Assembly (NCBI GenBank): GCA_965277405.1
Contig: OZ255726.1
Location: 1,408,001 to 1,472,000, forward strand
DNA: 64,000 nucleotides
Source of the DNA: Gammaproteobacteria bacterium
Lineage (GTDB): Bacteria > Pseudomonadota > Gammaproteobacteria > G965277405
Reading direction: 5' to 3'
Shown: positions 10,815 to 21,504 of the stretch, in pieces
How positions within the stretch are numbered: the stretch's first letter is position 1
Layout: every line of letters begins with the position of its first letter
Program-made: the position numbers and the translations under genes
The notes under the pieces: model-generated
The model's input: only the letters and a program-made list of their open reading frames with translations
Told to the model about the DNA's origin: nothing
The model's database searches: none

Positions 10815-11165
10815 CTACATTTGATTTTCTTGACGCAGCAATGCTCAAGAACAATAAACTCAAAAACTAACAAACTGAGAAGCTGAGCTGAGCTGAGAAG
10901 CTATTTTTAAAGGAGGGTAATATGATGCACGCAAAAGATGCAATGCGACTGAGACCAAACAACATGAAAAAAGTATTTCTGGCCCTAGTAGTGATCTCCG
11001 GCTCTGGCAAGTTGCAGATGGAAAACTAATTGTACCTTTTGAGGTATGTGACTTCTTGTTTGTTTCTGCTATCATGCAGCAGCAATTTTTCTATTTTCAT
11101 AACAGCCTTGAAACCTGGGTAATCTTGTGCGGGTCGCAGGGCAGTGAATATGTTGGAGATGTAAC

Positions 11166-11603
11166 ATGATAGCTATTCACGCTTTAACAGATTGTCATAA
11201 AGATTCATGGTCTCGGTTATGGAAGCAATACCTAGCCTTCTACAAGGTGGCAAGGAGCAACACTGTTTTTGATTTGACTTTTTCGCGACTAATTGACGAA
11301 GATGCAGAATGTGAAGGGTATATCGCATACATTGACGGCAATGCAGTGGGAATTGTCCACTGTATTTATCACCTACACCTCTGGCAGCAGGAAAAGATCT
11401 GCTATTTGCAGGATTTATTCGTGGATAAAAATTACAGGAAACACGGTGTTGCCAGCAAATTAATATCACAAATTTATGCGCGTGCAGACGAGAAAAACGC
11501 GAAAGGTGTGTATTGGCTGACACAGGACTTCAATATAGCAGCCCGAAATTTATACGACAAGATAGGGTATAAAACGCCTTTTATAAAATATGCACGCACA
11601 TGA
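11166..11603 (+). CDS. GNAT acetyltransferase (Hpa2/Hpa3-like)
   Basis: WSRLWKQYLAFY, YLQDLFVD..YRKHGVA, VYWLTQ..N..AR.LYDK motifs. Confidence 0.9.
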   Translation: MIAIHALTDCHKDSWSRLWKQYLAFYKVARSNTVFDLTFSRLIDEDAECEGYIAYIDGNAVGIVHCIYHLHLWQQEKICYLQDLFVDKNYRKHGVASKLISQIYARADEKNAKGVYWLTQDFNIAARNLYDKIGYKTPFIKYART

Positions 11604-11669
11604 AAAAGAATATAGTTATCATTGGCACTGGTATAAACGGGTTGATGTGCGCTTACCATTTGGTGAAGC

Positions 11670-11940
11670 CTCGCTGATGGAGCGAGTTTGCCTGCAATTG
11701 CTGATGATTGCAAGGCGCAAACCGCTAAGCGCATGCCGTAGCATATACGCCAAGGGATGCAACACAGCAAGTACCGCTTGTAGGCAAACCATCATATATT
11801 CAATAGAAGGCCGGGAAAAAACGCTGCGCTAACGTCGTTGCAGCACTTGATAATACCACCAGTATTATCTGCGCACTGCGTCTAGCTATCATCAGCGTTT
11901 TTTCTCCGTCTCGCCCATCATGGACTTAATCAGAGCTTCC
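11670..11940 (-). mobile_element. IS5-TIR MITE, one end truncated
   Basis: Reverse complement of the repeat at 35654 and 54285; ends CCCATCATGGACTTAATCAGAGCTTCC; 4 bp from IS5 copy 2. Confidence 0.9.
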
Positions 11941-11944
11941 TTAA

Positions 11945-13163
11945 GGAATCTCTGATTAAGTCCCAAACAACAGCAATATCAGCTACAAAGATATACAATG
12001 GTGAATCTATTTGAATATTTGAATAAGCGGATAATCTTATGAAACAAAGAACTTTTGCCAGTGCTGCATACGACCACAAGAAAGTAACAACAAAACGTGA
12101 AAAATTCTTGCAGTTAATGGACAAATTAGCTCCATGGCAACAGTTGTTAGCGTTAATAGAACCGCATTATCCCAAGAAAGGGAATGGCCGCCCACCGATT
12201 AATATGCAGACCATGTTACGCATTTATTTTTTACAGCAATGGTACAACTTATCAGACCCAGGGGTAGAAGAAGCACTATATGACATGGAAAGCATGCGGC
12301 GTTTTGCCCATATAGAGCTGATAGACGATGCCATCCCTGCTGAAACTACCATCTTGAACTTGCCCGCAGGATCATAGAAAAACATCAACTCAGCGTCAAG
12401 ATACTTGCTGGGGTGAATGACTATTGTATGGAAAATAATATAACAATCTCACCAGGGACGATGGTTGATGCCACGATCATCCATGCACCGTCGTCTACGA
12501 AGAATAAAGAGAAAGCCCGTGATCCTGAAATGCATCAAACCCGCAAAGGCAATCAGTGGTATTTTGGCATGAAGATTCATATAGGAACTGACGCTAATAG
12601 CAATATGATGCATAGCGCGGCAATGCCTACCACCACAGCTGCGAATGAAGCTGACATCAATGAACTCCCAAAATTGCTGCGTGAAACAGATAAGGTTATC
12701 TTTGCCGATGCAGGATATACGAGCGACAGTTATAAACGCGGCTCGCGTCATCTTGGGATAGATTGGCGTGTGAATGATAAACGCAAGCCACAGCAGCAAA
12801 TGAGCGGCTCGCAGCGCCAACGCAATACACAGAACTCTAAGGTGCGCGCACGGATTGAGCACTGTTTTCGGGTAATCAAATGTCAGTTTGGTTATAAGAA
12901 AGCTCGCTACAAAGGACTAGAAAAGAACCGAGTACAAGTATTTTCTTTGCTTGCATTGACGAACTTGTACATGCTTCGAGGACGGCTAACAGGATAGAAC
13001 CGCCAAAAATTCAAGAAAAACAGTAAAAAACAGTAAAAAACAGTAAAACAGCAACAGAAGATCAGCGAAATCGTCAAATATTGACCATTGAAAATTATTG
13101 CTATTACTTTTTTGGAGTATATGCGAGTTCTTGGAGTATATGCGAGTCTTAATCAGAGCTTCC
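11945..13163 (+). mobile_element. IS5-family insertion sequence, copy 2, frameshifted transposase
   Basis: Both TIRs present; transposase split into 12039-12377 and 12413-12997. Confidence 0.95.
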
Positions 13164-13167
13164 TTAG

Positions 13168-14395
13168 GGAATCTCTGATTAAGTCCCAAACAACAGCAAT
13201 ATCAGCTACAAAGATATACAATGGTGAATCTATTTGAATATTTGAATAAGCGGATAATCTTATGAAACAAACAACTTTTGCCAGTGCTGCATACGACCAC
13301 AAGAAAGTAACAACAAAACGTGAAAAATTCTTGCAGTCGATGGACAAATTAGCTCCATGGCAACGGTTGTTAGCGTTAATAGAACCGCATTATCCCAAGA
13401 AAGGGAATGGCCGCCCACCAATTAATATGCAGACCATGTTACGCGTTTATTGTTTACAGCAATGGTACAACTTATCAGACCCAGGGGTAGAAGAAGCACT
13501 ATATGACATGGAAAGCATGCGGCGTTTTGCCCATATAGAGCTGATAGACGATGCCATCCCTGATGAAACTACCATCTTGAACTTCCGCAGGATCATAGAA
13601 AAGCATCAACTCAGCGTCAAGATACTTGCTGTGGTGAATGAGTATTGTATGGAAAATAATATAACAATCTCACAAGGGTCGATGGTTGATGCCACGATCA
13701 TCCATGCACCATCATCTACGAAGAATAAAGAGAAAGCCCGTGATCCTGAAATGCATCAAACAAGGAAAGGCAATCAGTGGTATTTTGGCATGAAGATTCA
13801 TATAGGAACTGACGCTAATAGCAATATGATTCATAGCGCGACAGTGACAGCCGCGAATGAAGCTGACATCAATGAACTCCCCAAATTGCTGCGTGAAACA
13901 GATAAGGTTATCTTTGCCGATGCAGGATATACGAGCGACAGTTATAAACGCGGCTCGCGTCACCTTGGGATAGATTGGCGTGTGAATGATAAACGTAAAC
14001 CAAAGCAGCAAATGAGCACCTCGCAGCGCAAACGCAATAGACAGAACTCTAAGGTGCGCGCCCGGATTGAGCACTGTTTTCGGGTAATCAAATGTCAGTT
14101 TGGTTATAAGAAAGCTCGCTACAAAGGACTAGAAAAGAATCGAGTACAAGTATTTTCTTTGCTTGCATTGACGAACTTATACATGCTGCGAGGACGACTA
14201 ACAGGATAGAACCGCCCAAAATTCAAGAAAAACAGTAAAAAACAATAAAAACAGTAAAAAACAGTAAAAAACAGTAAAACAGCAACACGAAGATCAGCGA
14301 AATGATCAAATATTGACCATTGAAAATTATTGCTATTATTTTTTTGGAGTATATGCGAGTTATTGGAATATATGCGAGTCTTAATCAGAGCTTCC
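13168..14395 (+). mobile_element. IS5-family insertion sequence, copy 3, intact
   Basis: Both TIRs, TTAG on both sides, uninterrupted 315-aa transposase. Confidence 0.97.
13262..14209 (+). CDS. IS5-family DDE transposase
   Basis: MVDATII, FADAGY and [10 protein letters not shown] catalytic motifs; N-terminal HYPK..GRPP..LQQWYNLSD. Confidence 0.97.
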   Translation: MKQTTFASAAYDHKKVTTKREKFLQSMDKLAPWQRLLALIEPHYPKKGNGRPPINMQTMLRVYCLQQWYNLSDPGVEEALYDMESMRRFAHIELIDDAIPDETTILNFRRIIEKHQLSVKILAVVNEYCMENNITISQGSMVDATIIHAPSSTKNKEKARDPEMHQTRKGNQWYFGMKIHIGTDANSNMIHSATVTAANEADINELPKLLRETDKVIFADAGYTSDSYKRGSRHLGIDWRVNDKRKPKQQMSTSQRKRNRQNSKVRARIEHCFRVIKCQFGYKKARYKGLEKNRVQVFSLLALTNLYMLRGRLTG

Positions 14396-14399
14396 TTAG

Positions 14400-15607
14400 G
14401 GAATCTCTGATTAAGTCCCAAACAACAGCAATATCAGCTACAAAGATATAGAATGGTGAATCTATTTGAATATTTGAATAAGCGGATAATCTTATGAAAC
14501 AAACAACTTTTGCCAGTGCTGCATACGACCACAAGAAAGTAACAACAAAACGTGAGAAATTCTTGCAGTCGATGGACAAATTAGCTCCATGGCAACGGTT
14601 GTTAGCGTTAATAGAACCGCATTATCCCAAGAAAGGGAATGGCCGCCCACCAATTAATATGCAGACCATGTTACGCGTTTATTGTTTACAGCAATGGTAC
14701 AACTTATCAGACCCAGGGGTAGAAGAAGCACTATATGACATGGAAAGCATGCGGCGTTTTGCCCATATAGAGCTGATAGACGATGCCATCCCTGATGAAA
14801 CCACCATCTTGAACTTCCGCAGGATCATAGAAAAACATCAACTCAGCGTCAAGATACTTGCTGTGGTGAATGAGTGTTGTATGGAAAATAATATAATAAT
14901 CTCACAAGGGTCGATGGTTGATGCCACGATCATCCACGCACCATCATCTACGAAGAATAAAGAGAAAGCCCGTGATCCTGAAATGCATCAAACAAGGAAA
15001 GGCAATCAGTGGTATTTTGGCATGAAGATTCATATAGGAACTGACGCTAATAGCAATATGATTCATAGCGCGACAGTGACAGCCGCGAATGAAGCGGACA
15101 TCAATGAACTCCCCAAATTGCTGCGTGAAACAGATAAGGTTATCTTTGCCGATGCAGGATATACGAGCGACAGTTATAAACGCGGCTCGCGTCATCTTGG
15201 GATAGATTGGCGTGTGAATGATAAACGCAAGCCAAAGCAGCAAATGAGCACCTCGCAGCGCAAACGCAATAGACAGAACTCTAAGGTGCGCGCCCGGATT
15301 GAGCACTGTTTTCGGGTAATCAAATGTCAGTTTGGTTATAAGAAAGCTCGCTACAAAGGACTAGAAAAGAATCGAGTACAAGTATTTTCTTTGCTTGCAT
15401 TGACGAACTTATACATGCTGCGCGGACGACTAACAGGATAGAACCGCCCAAAATTCAAGAAAAACAATAAAAAACAGTAAAAAACAGTAAAACAGCAACA
15501 GAAGATCTGCGAAATGGTCAAATATTGACCATTGAAAATTATTGCTATTACTTTTTTGGAGTATATGCGAGTTATTGGAATATATGCGAGTCTTAATCAG
15601 AGCTTCC
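14400..15607 (+). mobile_element. IS5-family insertion sequence, copy 4, intact
   Basis: Both TIRs; flanks TTAG/TTAA; uninterrupted transposase. Confidence 0.97.
14494..15441 (+). CDS. IS5-family DDE transposase
   Basis: Near-identical to 13262-14209 (differs at NEYC/NECC and ITIS/IIIS). Confidence 0.97.
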   Translation: MKQTTFASAAYDHKKVTTKREKFLQSMDKLAPWQRLLALIEPHYPKKGNGRPPINMQTMLRVYCLQQWYNLSDPGVEEALYDMESMRRFAHIELIDDAIPDETTILNFRRIIEKHQLSVKILAVVNECCMENNIIISQGSMVDATIIHAPSSTKNKEKARDPEMHQTRKGNQWYFGMKIHIGTDANSNMIHSATVTAANEADINELPKLLRETDKVIFADAGYTSDSYKRGSRHLGIDWRVNDKRKPKQQMSTSQRKRNRQNSKVRARIEHCFRVIKCQFGYKKARYKGLEKNRVQVFSLLALTNLYMLRGRLTG

Positions 15608-15641
15608 TTAAGGAAGGGGTGTGTTTTTCAACAGCCTGTTA

Positions 15642-16309
15642 AAGGAGCACAAAACCCGCTCCTGGGATGACATCACCATTAACAATCTGGTCAGTACCAT
15701 CGCGGCTGAACATCAACTGGAATCAAGTGTCGGAAAATTGATAGTGCGACCAACCTTCCCCATCTGGATCAAACCGAAGAGTCCGATCTGCATCTGTTGA
15801 CACGGCTAGCCAAGCAATATGACGCCGTAGCTAAGCCTGTCGGAGGCTTTTTGCTGTTTGTCCAGAAAGGTGAAGCTAAAAGCGCTACTGGCAAGACAAT
15901 TCCAGCAGTGGTCATCAGCCGCAACCAAACCAGCGACCATCGAATAACCATGGCTGATCGAGGTAAATATGCAACCGTGCTGGCTCACTGGCACAACACA
16001 GCAACAGGTACCCGTACACCAGTGCGAGTGGGAGACAGCAAACCAGTTTATACCCTGCGCCATAACTACTAGGATGCTGAAACTGCCAGAGCTGCCGCGC
16101 AAGGCAAGCTGGATGCTCTCAACCGTGGTCTGGCCACCGCCAGTGTGACATTGAAACAGGGAAACCCACTCTTAGCAGCAGAAGCCAAGGTGACATTATC
16201 AGGATTCAGAACCGGCGTGGCGGGTGACTGGGTAGTGACTCAAGTCAATCACGAATTCAGCGACAGCGGGTACAGCACCAGCGTGGAGGCAGAAACACCG
16301 AAACGCTAA
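15642..16309 (+). pseudogene. P2-like phage late control / tail protein D remnant
   Basis: KTRSWDDITI..IAAEH, HLDQTEESDLHLLTRLA, G.PLLAAE, W.VTQVNHEF...GYST; 5' end missing, frameshift near 15740, in-frame stop at 16070-16072. Confidence 0.8.
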
Positions 16310-16449
16310 GAGAAAAAAAAGAAAGCGACCACCAAAGGTACAGCAGCACCTAAAGTGGTCGTCAAGCCACGGTAGCAAAAGTACCGTGAACCAACCAAGT
16401 ATTCCCCACCGTGAACACGGCATGGGTGAGCTTATCAAAAATATTAAGG

Positions 16450-17221
16450 ATGTTCACGTTGAGACCACAACCAATTATCCCCTTGATGGGCGGCAAAAGA
16501 CGCCTAGCCAAGGAAATACTACCTCTATTTAAGGTGCACAAAACCAATGTGGAACCGTTCTGTGGCGGAGCTGCCATATTCTTTTACAAACTGGAATCAT
16601 CCGTCGCGGTTCTGAACGACTGCAACGGCGGACTGGTGAACCTTTATAGGGTCGTTAAACACCATTTAGAGGAGTTTTTAAGGCCTTGCAAATGGGCTCT
16701 GGTCAGCCGTTGGGAGTTCCTCTGGCAGAAGACATCCAACCCTGGAAACCCTGACCGATATCCAACGCGCTAGCCGCTTCTACTACCACCAGAAGATGGC
16801 GTTTGGTGGTAAAGTATCCAGTCAGACTTTCGGCACCTCGGCAGTCAGTCCTCCCAAGCTCAACCTGCTGCGGATTGAGGAAGATCTGTTCACCGCGCAC
16901 CTGCGGGTGGACAGAGTCTATATCGAGCATCTTGACTGGCCCGATTGTGTGAAGAAATATGATCGGGAGGGTACACTGTTTCACCTTGATCCCCCTTACT
17001 GGGGCACAGCCAGTTATGGCATGGACTTTGGGCTGGAACAATACAAACTGATGGCAGAGCTGGCCCGAATTGTTCAAGGCAGAATGATTATATCGGTCAA
17101 CGATATTCCAGAGATGAGAGCTGCTTGCGAGGGTCTGTCCATGCGTTCTCTTGGCATTAGATACACAATGGGTGGGCGCAAGGGCAGCCAAGCCAAAGGG
17201 CTACTGATCTGGAATTGGTAG
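16450..17221 (+). pseudogene. Phage-type Dam/D12-class N6-adenine DNA methyltransferase, frameshifted
   Basis: GGKRRLA, EPFCGGAAIFF (motif I) and LDPPY (motif IV); frame break near 16740. Confidence 0.85.
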
Positions 17222-17319
17222 TAAAAACGGAAAAAACGTCGCCATGGTGCGTCGGACACGTTAAAACCGTTTCCGCAAACCAGTACAGAAAGTTCGTAAA
17301 CCAAATGCGCTGCTACATG

Positions 17320-17545
17320 ATAAGCACATTGATGATGGAATTATGCGGAAAAAGCCACGCGGTCAGGCACACGTTAGCAAAAGGCTGGTAACAAGTTGAT
17401 ATCATCAACACGCTTTGTGGTCGAGAGAACTTTCGCCACAATGACAAGGGTGTATGGTCTCCAGCGCACGATATCTTGGCATAGCCAAAGTCGATGCTGA
17501 GGTTGAAGGCAATGGCGTATAACTTGAAAAGGGATCGCAACTTAT
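17320..17545 (+). pseudogene. C-terminal relic of a different IS5-family (IS1106-like) transposase
   Basis: Fragments across frames read DDGIMRKKPRG, TRFVVERTFATM, ARYLGIAKV and LKAMAYNLKR. Confidence 0.7.
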
Positions 17546-17659
17546 ATCAACAACAGCAGCAGTATTGCTCTTAAATGGTGGGAAATAGGACCAAAAAAGA
17601 CCGGATAAATGGGCATATATGCACCATTTTCGGAGCATTCTATGTTTTTTTTCAGTAAA

Positions 17660-17788
17660 AATCTCCAATCTCCAATCTCCAATCTCCAATCTCCAATCTC
17701 CAATCTCCAATCTCCAATCTCCAATCTCCAATCTCCAATCTCCAATCTCCAATCTCCAATCTCCAATCTCCAATCTCCAATCTCCAAT
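17660..17788. repeat. Perfect heptamer tandem repeat (AATCTCC) x ~18
   Basis: Directly visible; followed by degenerate units TTACAAT/TTCC. Confidence 0.98.
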
Positions 17789-17928
17789 TTACAATTTCCC
17801 ACGCAGCAAAGCAAAAAATGAGGTCTTATTGTAGTTGTCTTCATTCATGCAGCGCTTGCAAGCCAACAAAACGCATCTGCATCAGCAACGTAATCTGAAC
17901 TTGCCGATGCAGAGCTACAATTGAGTTA

Positions 17929-18426
17929 TCAGTCAAGAAACAAATCATCAAAATTTTTGTCTTGATGCTGTGCCAAATGCTTGACCATCGTGGTGCTGAT
18001 AACCGCATGAATATCTATGTGATTTTCATGGTGGATAAGGTTTTTGACAAGAAAGTCACGAACACGGTTAATCTGTTCGATTTCATCAACTTGGACATGC
18101 AACAACACATCAAAAAATCCACTGACATGATAAATCGCATACACTTCGCTTATATCAAGCAATTTGCGCTTAAATGTATCAAACTCTAATCCACCGAGCT
18201 TAAAGGTAATGAAGGCATCGATGGTACGAACAACATTGGTATTGCCAAAAATTGTATGATAGCCACGGATAACCCTTAAATCTTCTAGCTTACTTAACCG
18301 TTGATTGACAGCACTTCTTGAAAGCCCAATGCTGCGTGAAATATGCGCAATAGGGATTCTGGCGTTGTCTTTAAGGTGGGCGAGAATTCTGCGATCATAA
18401 CGATCTAATACTAATTTATTACTCAT
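17929..18426 (-). CDS. Lrp/AsnC family transcriptional regulator
   Basis: LDRYDRRIL..L..NARI.I..I...IGLS..AV..R...LE...VI.GY HTH plus a RAM domain (VSG.FD.LL.V). Confidence 0.9.
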   Translation of the reverse strand: MSNKLVLDRYDRRILAHLKDNARIPIAHISRSIGLSRSAVNQRLSKLEDLRVIRGYHTIFGNTNVVRTIDAFITFKLGGLEFDTFKRKLLDISEVYAIYHVSGFFDVLLHVQVDEIEQINRVRDFLVKNLIHHENHIDIHAVISTTMVKHLAQHQDKNFDDLFLD

Positions 18427-19127
18427 GATTTACTCCATTCTCCTCGCATATACAGCGAAGTTTGTAAAGCAACAATATCAATGATAGTCACATTCTTGTT
18501 GCTATAATTACTAGGAATACCCAGTATTTGAATAAATGAATAACTACAACACATCACATAGTGAGTTTTGTATTGTTGTTACACACTATCCGTATATTAT
18601 ATACAACAAAACTATTTTGTATATACAATCGGTGTTGTGTTATATCGTCGCCAAGGGTGCCATACCTGCCTGCTGGTCTGGTATACTTGTTGCGATTTAG
18701 AGCAACCACTACGTATAGGTACCGCTATTTTATGAGTGTTTTCAACTCCTTGTAGTTAATAGCAACCCGTTTGCAGCCCGCAATGGCAGGAAATTTGACC
18801 GACTGTTATGTAGTTTTGCTTGCAAATTGAGACATTTAGTATTCATCATACGCTCTTTAGCGCTTCATCAGTGCCGCATTTGATTTGCGTCTTAGCTCTG
18901 AACGTTGTGCCCCTGTATTCCCTGTTTTTTTTATACGGGACATTAATACTGTATAGAGGAGATGGATACAGTCGCGGTTTCTGTCGTAACATCACACAAA
19001 ACACCACATTTGTAGCTGCAGCTCTTCATCATGTTTTTGCTCTTGACTAGGATTGAAAAGCTGTTTTTATTCATTTTTTATTGTCTTTCATGCGTTTTTG
19101 CTAAATTTCCTATGTTTTGGACGCACT

Positions 19128-19420
19128 AATAGGGGGGATGGGAATAAATGAGACTGTAAGTTGTAAATAAATGAGACTCTACAGTTGAGCAAATTTGTTG
19201 ATTTTATGCGGGTTGTAGCGTGAATCCCTTATGGCGCTTAGGTTGTAGGATGGTAGGGGAATTATTACCGTTTGCTTCCGTTTTGTGCACTCCTCGGCAA
19301 TAATTGTAGCGTTTATCGAGGTTTTACGGGGATTACTGCTTTGCAAAAACGTGAAATTTAACGTAAAAAAGCGTGTTTAAAAAGCAATTATTTTACGTTA
19401 AAAACGTGTTAAATAAATGG
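19128..19420 (-). mobile_element. Probable terminus of a Mu-like transposable prophage
   Basis: Two direct repeats AATAAATGAGACT (19143, 19166), an inverted repeat TTAACGTAAAA/TTTTACGTTAA and A/T tracts, immediately downstream of the MuF cassette. Confidence 0.4.
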
Positions 19421-19461
19421 TGTTTTTTAGGAGTGATTCGCAACAATGATGTGGCCGCGAT

Positions 19462-19764
19462 TTAATAGATAATGTCGCCACTGCGTACCGCAGCTGCGTA
19501 TTCGTCATCTGGTAATAATTGACCAAACACATCCCAGCGCGACTCAAAAAACACACCTAAGTCTGCTTCAGTAACTTTTTTATGAAAAAAATAAAAATTT
19601 ACTGGAGGTCTTGTAGCAAAACCTTTATTTAATATAGCTTTATTAAGTATGTCTTGCAACATTGATGCATCTTTACCAGAAAAGAGTTGGGTTCTATAAT
19701 TAAAGGTGAACTCTACGTCTGGATAATCTTCGTCTATAGACTTGAGGCTGTATGATTTTTTCAT
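19462..19764 (-). CDS. Small hypothetical protein, candidate immunity partner of the MuF-linked peptidase
   Basis: 100-aa AT-rich ORF overlapping the MuF stop codon by 4 bp (ATGA). Confidence 0.6.
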   Translation of the reverse strand: MKKSYSLKSIDEDYPDVEFTFNYRTQLFSGKDASMLQDILNKAILNKGFATRPPVNFYFFHKKVTEADLGVFFESRWDVFGQLLPDDEYAAAVRSGDIIY

Positions 19765-21504
19765 GTTTTGTATTTAAATAGTATACCTAGTGCAGTGTCA
19801 AATAGCGATTGGTCGATGCGGATAAAATCAAAAAACATCTTGGTATCTGACCAAGCATGCCGCTCTGACTTCCACGTTGTGCCCTTGTCGATTCTACCAA
19901 GAAGTTTATCAAAAGACATTGTCATTATTTCTAGAGCAGGTGCATTTGGAGTATGATTATATTCACGGCCAACATAGGGGTGATAATAACTGTCTTTGCG
20001 AGTAACCTCACTCCTATCATATCCTGAATGTGCTACATCACGCAAACGCTCTAATGAGTCGCCTTTGGTACGTTGGTCATGAACGTTTTGAAATACGGCA
20101 TCGAGTTTTGGAAGTCCTCGCTGCAAGTGGTGTGCATATTCATGCACAGTAGAATGATGGTTGTCAGTGGCTATATGTTTATCATAACTTCGATAGAACG
20201 CTCTTCCGTGCGTTAATACCGCACTCACTTCACCCAGCTCATTGGTCTTATCCGTCCAGTCATCTGGATAACGTTGCGAGGCTTCTCGCACCAATTTCGC
20301 GCCTTTGCCGTTACCTTTCACCAGTGCCACGTTGTTAATGCCACGCACTGCCGCTAATCGCGCCAACAACTGCTCTTGAAATTCGCCGATATATAGCTGT
20401 CCTGATTTAGCAAAATCCTGTGAGTTTTGCACATCGACAAGCCCATCAAGGAACGTTTTACCGTTGCGCATTTTGCTGTTGAAAATGCCCTCGCGCACCT
20501 TTGTACCTTCACGCTCGTAGAGCTTTGGATCACTGCTGTTTGTAAAGCTCGCAACAGGGTTTGTAGCCGCTGTTGTCGTCTGTTCTGGCTGCCAATGCCC
20601 ACCACCTGTTGGCTGATACGCAACCGTGATGGTGCGGCAATTAAAATGATACGGTGGTGAACCTGCGCTGTGATCGACAGGAGTTGTGGTACTAAACATT
20701 TTCCAAGCTGATTTTGCAGCATCGGCATCTTTGTTATTAGTAGCAGCTAAATATCTATGGCGTTGTTGTGTTAATTGGGTGACTGGGATAATGGTACCGT
20801 GCAATTCACGGCACACCGCAGACGTTTTATCGTCTAGATACGCCTGTACTTTTACATATTGAATCCCAGCGCGTTAATAGCCTGTCACTCGACCCATCTC
20901 ACGGGTTTTTGTCGCAGTATGATCTGCCAGCATATGCCAATACGCACTGCTTTTATCAACGACATCAGCTAAGCCGTGCGCTAGAGCCTTGGCCAATTGC
21001 GGTTGAGTCATGCCGTCGGTAAATAAAGCATCTAACTTGCTGTTAATAATTTTGCTGGTATGACTGTCCCAATGCTGCCCAACCCAAAACAGATTGCTAG
21101 TATGGATTTGCTCTAGCGCATCAAAATCGACAGTTTGAAAACCAATATCAACCGCTACTTCTTTGGCGCCTATTTTTATACAACGCACCACCCAGATTGA
21201 TAATTGGTTTGCGCAATGCCGCAACCATTGCATCGCCACCTAAATCATTGGCCAATACCTTATAGATAACATCAATATCCTCCTTGGCGATTGTCGTCCC
21301 CAAATCACGACTTACATCAAGAGCTCTGGCAATCCCACTCTTGGCAGTATCACTCCACGCCCGCGTATACATATCTTTTAAGTCAGTCGTTAATCGCTCA
21401 AAAGCAGCATCGTATTTTAACAAGAAAATGGTGACACTACGACGTACTATCGCCCTACGGATGGTTTTTTCTATATACAGATTAACACTTTCACTTGGCA
21501 TCAA
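19761..21504 (-). pseudogene. MuF/SPP1-gp7 head morphogenesis protein with C-terminal HExxH metallopeptidase-like extension
   Basis: AYLDDKTSAVCRELHG and PPYHFNCRT MuF motifs; STVHEYAHHLQ; +1 frameshift in the A5 run at 21173-21177; in-frame TAA at 20874-20876. Confidence 0.8.

Noticed and set aside
17405-17844. ORFs of WRLEIGD / SPISNLQ repeats as real proteins
   Set aside because: Openness follows from a stop-free heptamer; no homology or RBS support
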